In this document: piece by piece, positions 63,276-64,000 of the stretch | Position numbering within the stretch: the first letter of the stretch is position 1 | Layout of the letters: every line of letters begins with the position of its first letter | Source of the DNA: Rhynchobatus australiae | Taxonomy: Eukaryota | DNA: 64,000 nt | NCBI GenBank assembly: GCA_034780895.1 | Contig: JAUZTB010000057.1 | Coordinates: 26,599,030-26,663,029, forward strand | Direction of reading: 5' to 3' | Position numbers and translations under genes: made by a program | Notes under the pieces: generated by a model | Told to the model about the DNA's origin: nothing | The model's database searches: none | What the model saw: only the letters and a program-made list of their open reading frames with translations

Positions 63276-64000
63276 CTACGAGAGAGAGAGAGAAAATTAA
63301 TGGTGGGCAGAGTTATAAAATAAAGTTCACGTGGTTAGCATGCTATCAGTCTTACTTGGAGCACATGGTAATTCAAACATTCAAGTTCTCTCATGTACAA
63401 GTTTTAAAAAAAACAAGACTTATTTAGTAAGAGTCAGTATTGGTTTGAACACGATTCTATCCCTAGATTTTGGGTGTGAAGTCTAGCTGATCTCTTGTGG
63501 GGCTGCCTAGAGATAGAATATCACAGCAGGAAACAGCGACAATAAATGTCTGCTGTGTNNNNNNNNNNNNNNNNNNNNNNNNNNNNNNNNNNNNNNNNNN
63601 NNNNNNNNNNNNNNNNNNNNNNNNNNNNNNNNNNNNNNNNNNNNNNNNNNNNNNNNNNAGGAAACAGCGACAATAAATGTCTGCTGTGTGGTAATGTAAG
63701 CTATTTACAATGGGGCTTAGTAAAGATTTGTTTAACTATTTACAACTTGTATTATTTTTCCATCTAATGAAGAGAAAATAATTGAGCAATTTTATAGTTC
63801 GTATTTTCCCCCCAATATTAATGCATTCTCCATGAAGACATAATGATAAAGAGCAATACTGACACTGGGAAGGTCAAACTACATGCTGTGGTTTTATGCT
63901 AACTAACTCATGTAGCGATAGGATGATACTCTGTATGGTAGAATCTTTCCCCAGATTCTACCCCTCAGTTACTCACTAGGGATAATTTACTGTTGCCAAT

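Overview
Vertebrate genomic DNA from a gapped draft assembly, most likely a cartilaginous fish (ray/shark), inferred from its V-SINE, CR1, Rex/Babar, RTE, L2 and Penelope-like repeats. The one supportable host gene is a KIAA1671 orthologue on the minus strand. It has four coding exons (63214-61214, 56307-56154, 54540-51494 and probably 48456-48292) with canonical GT-AG boundaries and compatible phases, giving about 1,680 aa. The remaining ~48 kb (1-48291) reads as one long, repeat-rich intron, and the C-terminal exons lie outside the window. The apparent frameshifts in the large exons disappear when 100-N gaps with duplicated flanks are collapsed. The most interesting non-coding signal is a dispersed family of Penelope-like element termini carrying decayed minimal hammerhead-ribozyme cores. 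Several copies are arranged as palindromes, and one composite is bounded by a 15-bp direct repeat inside an older Penelope copy. Family names and orthology come from sequence recognition without database searches, and repeat boundaries are approximate.
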